Shown in pieces: positions 62,201 through 64,000 of a stretch of 64,000 bases of DNA (its first letter is position 1; each line of letters opens with the position of its first letter). The DNA is taken from NCBI RefSeq assembly GCF_000143415.4, contig NW_003314324.1, positions 1 to 64,000 of the forward strand. Reading direction: 5' to 3'. Below the pieces are notes generated by a model. It worked only from the letters and a program-made list of their open reading frames with translations, was not told where the DNA came from and did not search any database. Made by a program: the position numbers and the translations under genes. This DNA is from Selaginella moellendorffii (taxonomy: Eukaryota; Plantae; Lycopodiophyta).

Positions 62201-64000
62201 AAATCTACTTTATCACAGTCAGGAAATACCTGAGACTCACCAAACCAGTGCTGTCGAAGTCTTCGTCTTCAACCGCATCCACAATAGCTATAAAGTTCGT
62301 TTCTCCGTTCTTATTTTCGGCTCGTTTTCGAGCCATTTTATCGTTCAGCTTCTTTACTAGAGCTGACGAGTCTCTCCCACTGTTCGGAATTGCCAGAGGA
62401 GCAGGTGACTTATCTTCCTTCCGTTCAACTTTGGCAGGAAAATCTTCGAACAGATCATCGAGAATTCCATCAGCTGGAGTGTCGCTGAACTTACTCAGCT
62501 CTCGAATAGTTGAAGTTACACCCTTCACAGACTAAAGCACAAATGTTAGACGAGCAAATTCAAACAGAATGAATATATAATAAAAAAACAAACCTGCGAT
62601 GGCTCTGTGGGTAGATCTTTGCTGTTCATTTTCGGATGCTGCAACATTTCATCCACTTCTTGAGGGGGTGACATCAGTCTCTCGGGAGTTAAAGATCTTT
62701 CAACAGCTTCAGGTCTTCCCATTGTTTCCTCTGTTCCAGGAAAGACCACAGGACGGGGAGCTTTTAGGCTCCCCTCCGGCTCGTCTTGATCCCCGGTTTG
62801 TGACGACTCGTCAATAACCAGCAAGTCATTGTTCCTTTTCGTTCCATTTGCCTCACTTGTGACCGATACGCTCGCCAATTCTTGAGAACGAGATTTTGCA
62901 TCATCATCCTAAACCAGCAAGACGTGTCATCAACAGAAGCGACAGAAACTCAGTACTACCAAGACAAACTCCAAGGATGTCGCTGGTTCAGGTGATGAAG
63001 ACTTCCTGTCTTCCTTTTTGCTATCTTCAATGCTTCTTTCCAAAACCGTAGAAACATCTTGCGGGATATTGCTACACAAAAAAAAAAAGCTTAAGTACAT
63101 CTCAAACTCATAAAGGTATTTACCTCAAACGAAGAGAGTTTTGCAAAGCTCGCCGTGAATTACGAATCCAGGAATGCTTCAGCAATGTCTTGGCATCTGG
63201 ACGGAGCTTCGCATCCTGAAATCAGATTTCAGTATTGCCACTATAAGACAATCGGGAGCGAACTTTTTGAAAGCATTGGTGCAGAAAATCTGTCAATCCA
63301 GGTGAGAGATGCTCAGGAATAGGAGGTCGTTCGTCCTGTAAACATGTGATTATTTTATATTTTCGCACAAGCAGAAAACAAAAAATACAGATACCTGGAC
63401 AATGCGAAAAAGTGCAGGCATTGGCTGGAGATCATAGTAAGGAGGCACACATGTCAACAGTTCTATAACAGTACACCCAACGCTCCAGATATCCGACGAA
63501 GCACTGACTCCTGACATTTCGACTACCTAACAGAAGCATCGTTCAAGATTAAACAAGGTCGCGCACAGTGAAACGCACCTCTGGTGCCATCCAATACGGA
63601 GTCCCAACAACGGAGTGAGTGTTCACGTCAGCTTCAGTTAATTTGGTGGCAACTCCAAAATCCGCAAGTTTTACGAATCCCTGAAAGCTCTACATGTTAG
63701 CAAGCAAGCCACTGGCTCAAGTAGTAAACACCTCTTTCGTCGTGAGGATGTTAGCCCCCTTAATGTCTCTATGAATAACACCTTGTTCATGAAGATATGC
63801 CAGTCCTTCCAAGACCTGTGAATATCGAGTTAGCACTCCACTTTGTAATTTATACATGCCTGAGCAATGTATACAGCAACAAGTGACTCTGGAAATGCGC
63901 CAAATTTGTTCGGCTTAACAATGCTAGCCAGAGAACCATTCTCGACATACCTGCAGAGAAAACCACACTAATCAAGGCCAACATTGACGGTTAGCTTACT
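59260..64000 (-). CDS. M3KE1: MAP3K epsilon (Cdc15/Cdc7-like) kinase, multi-exon, 5' end outside window
   Basis: Kinase exons [89 protein letters not shown]-like region TPRNDFCRI...[15 protein letters not shown]-terminus [11 protein letters not shown] (stop 59260-59262). Confidence 0.95.

Overview
Eukaryotic plant genomic DNA, not prokaryotic. Very short GT-AG introns (mostly 44-100 nt), PPR fragments, a Ty3 chromovirus and CR-type kinase genes suggest a compact non-seed-plant genome such as the lycophyte Selaginella; this is inference. Intact host genes are a STICHEL-like clamp-loader AAA+ gene (4528-8735, +), a class II LBD37/38/39-like transcription factor (10439-11623, +) and the 3' part of MAP3K-epsilon (59260 to the window end, -). 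Between them lies an accessory, TE-rich zone. It holds an intronless trypsin-fold gene with an altered catalytic triad and a large Sola-like (DUF7869-type) DNA transposon split by a young chromovirus. It also holds a bacterial-type erythromycin-esterase gene with one intron, an orphan 3' half of PME-1 fused to a degenerate ParB/Srx-like gene, a REase+kinase gene, and old gypsy, PPR and otubain debris. The most striking signal is a 22-bp palindrome (ATGGCRTGNGGCCNCAYGCCAT) present about 20 times. By eye it occurs only in the Sola-like element (22.2-35.9 kb) and the ParB-like gene block (41.4-42.9 kb), often clustered in introns. This suggests a transposon-encoded ParB-like protein plus dispersed palindromic sites. 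Coordinates were read by eye and no database searches were run.
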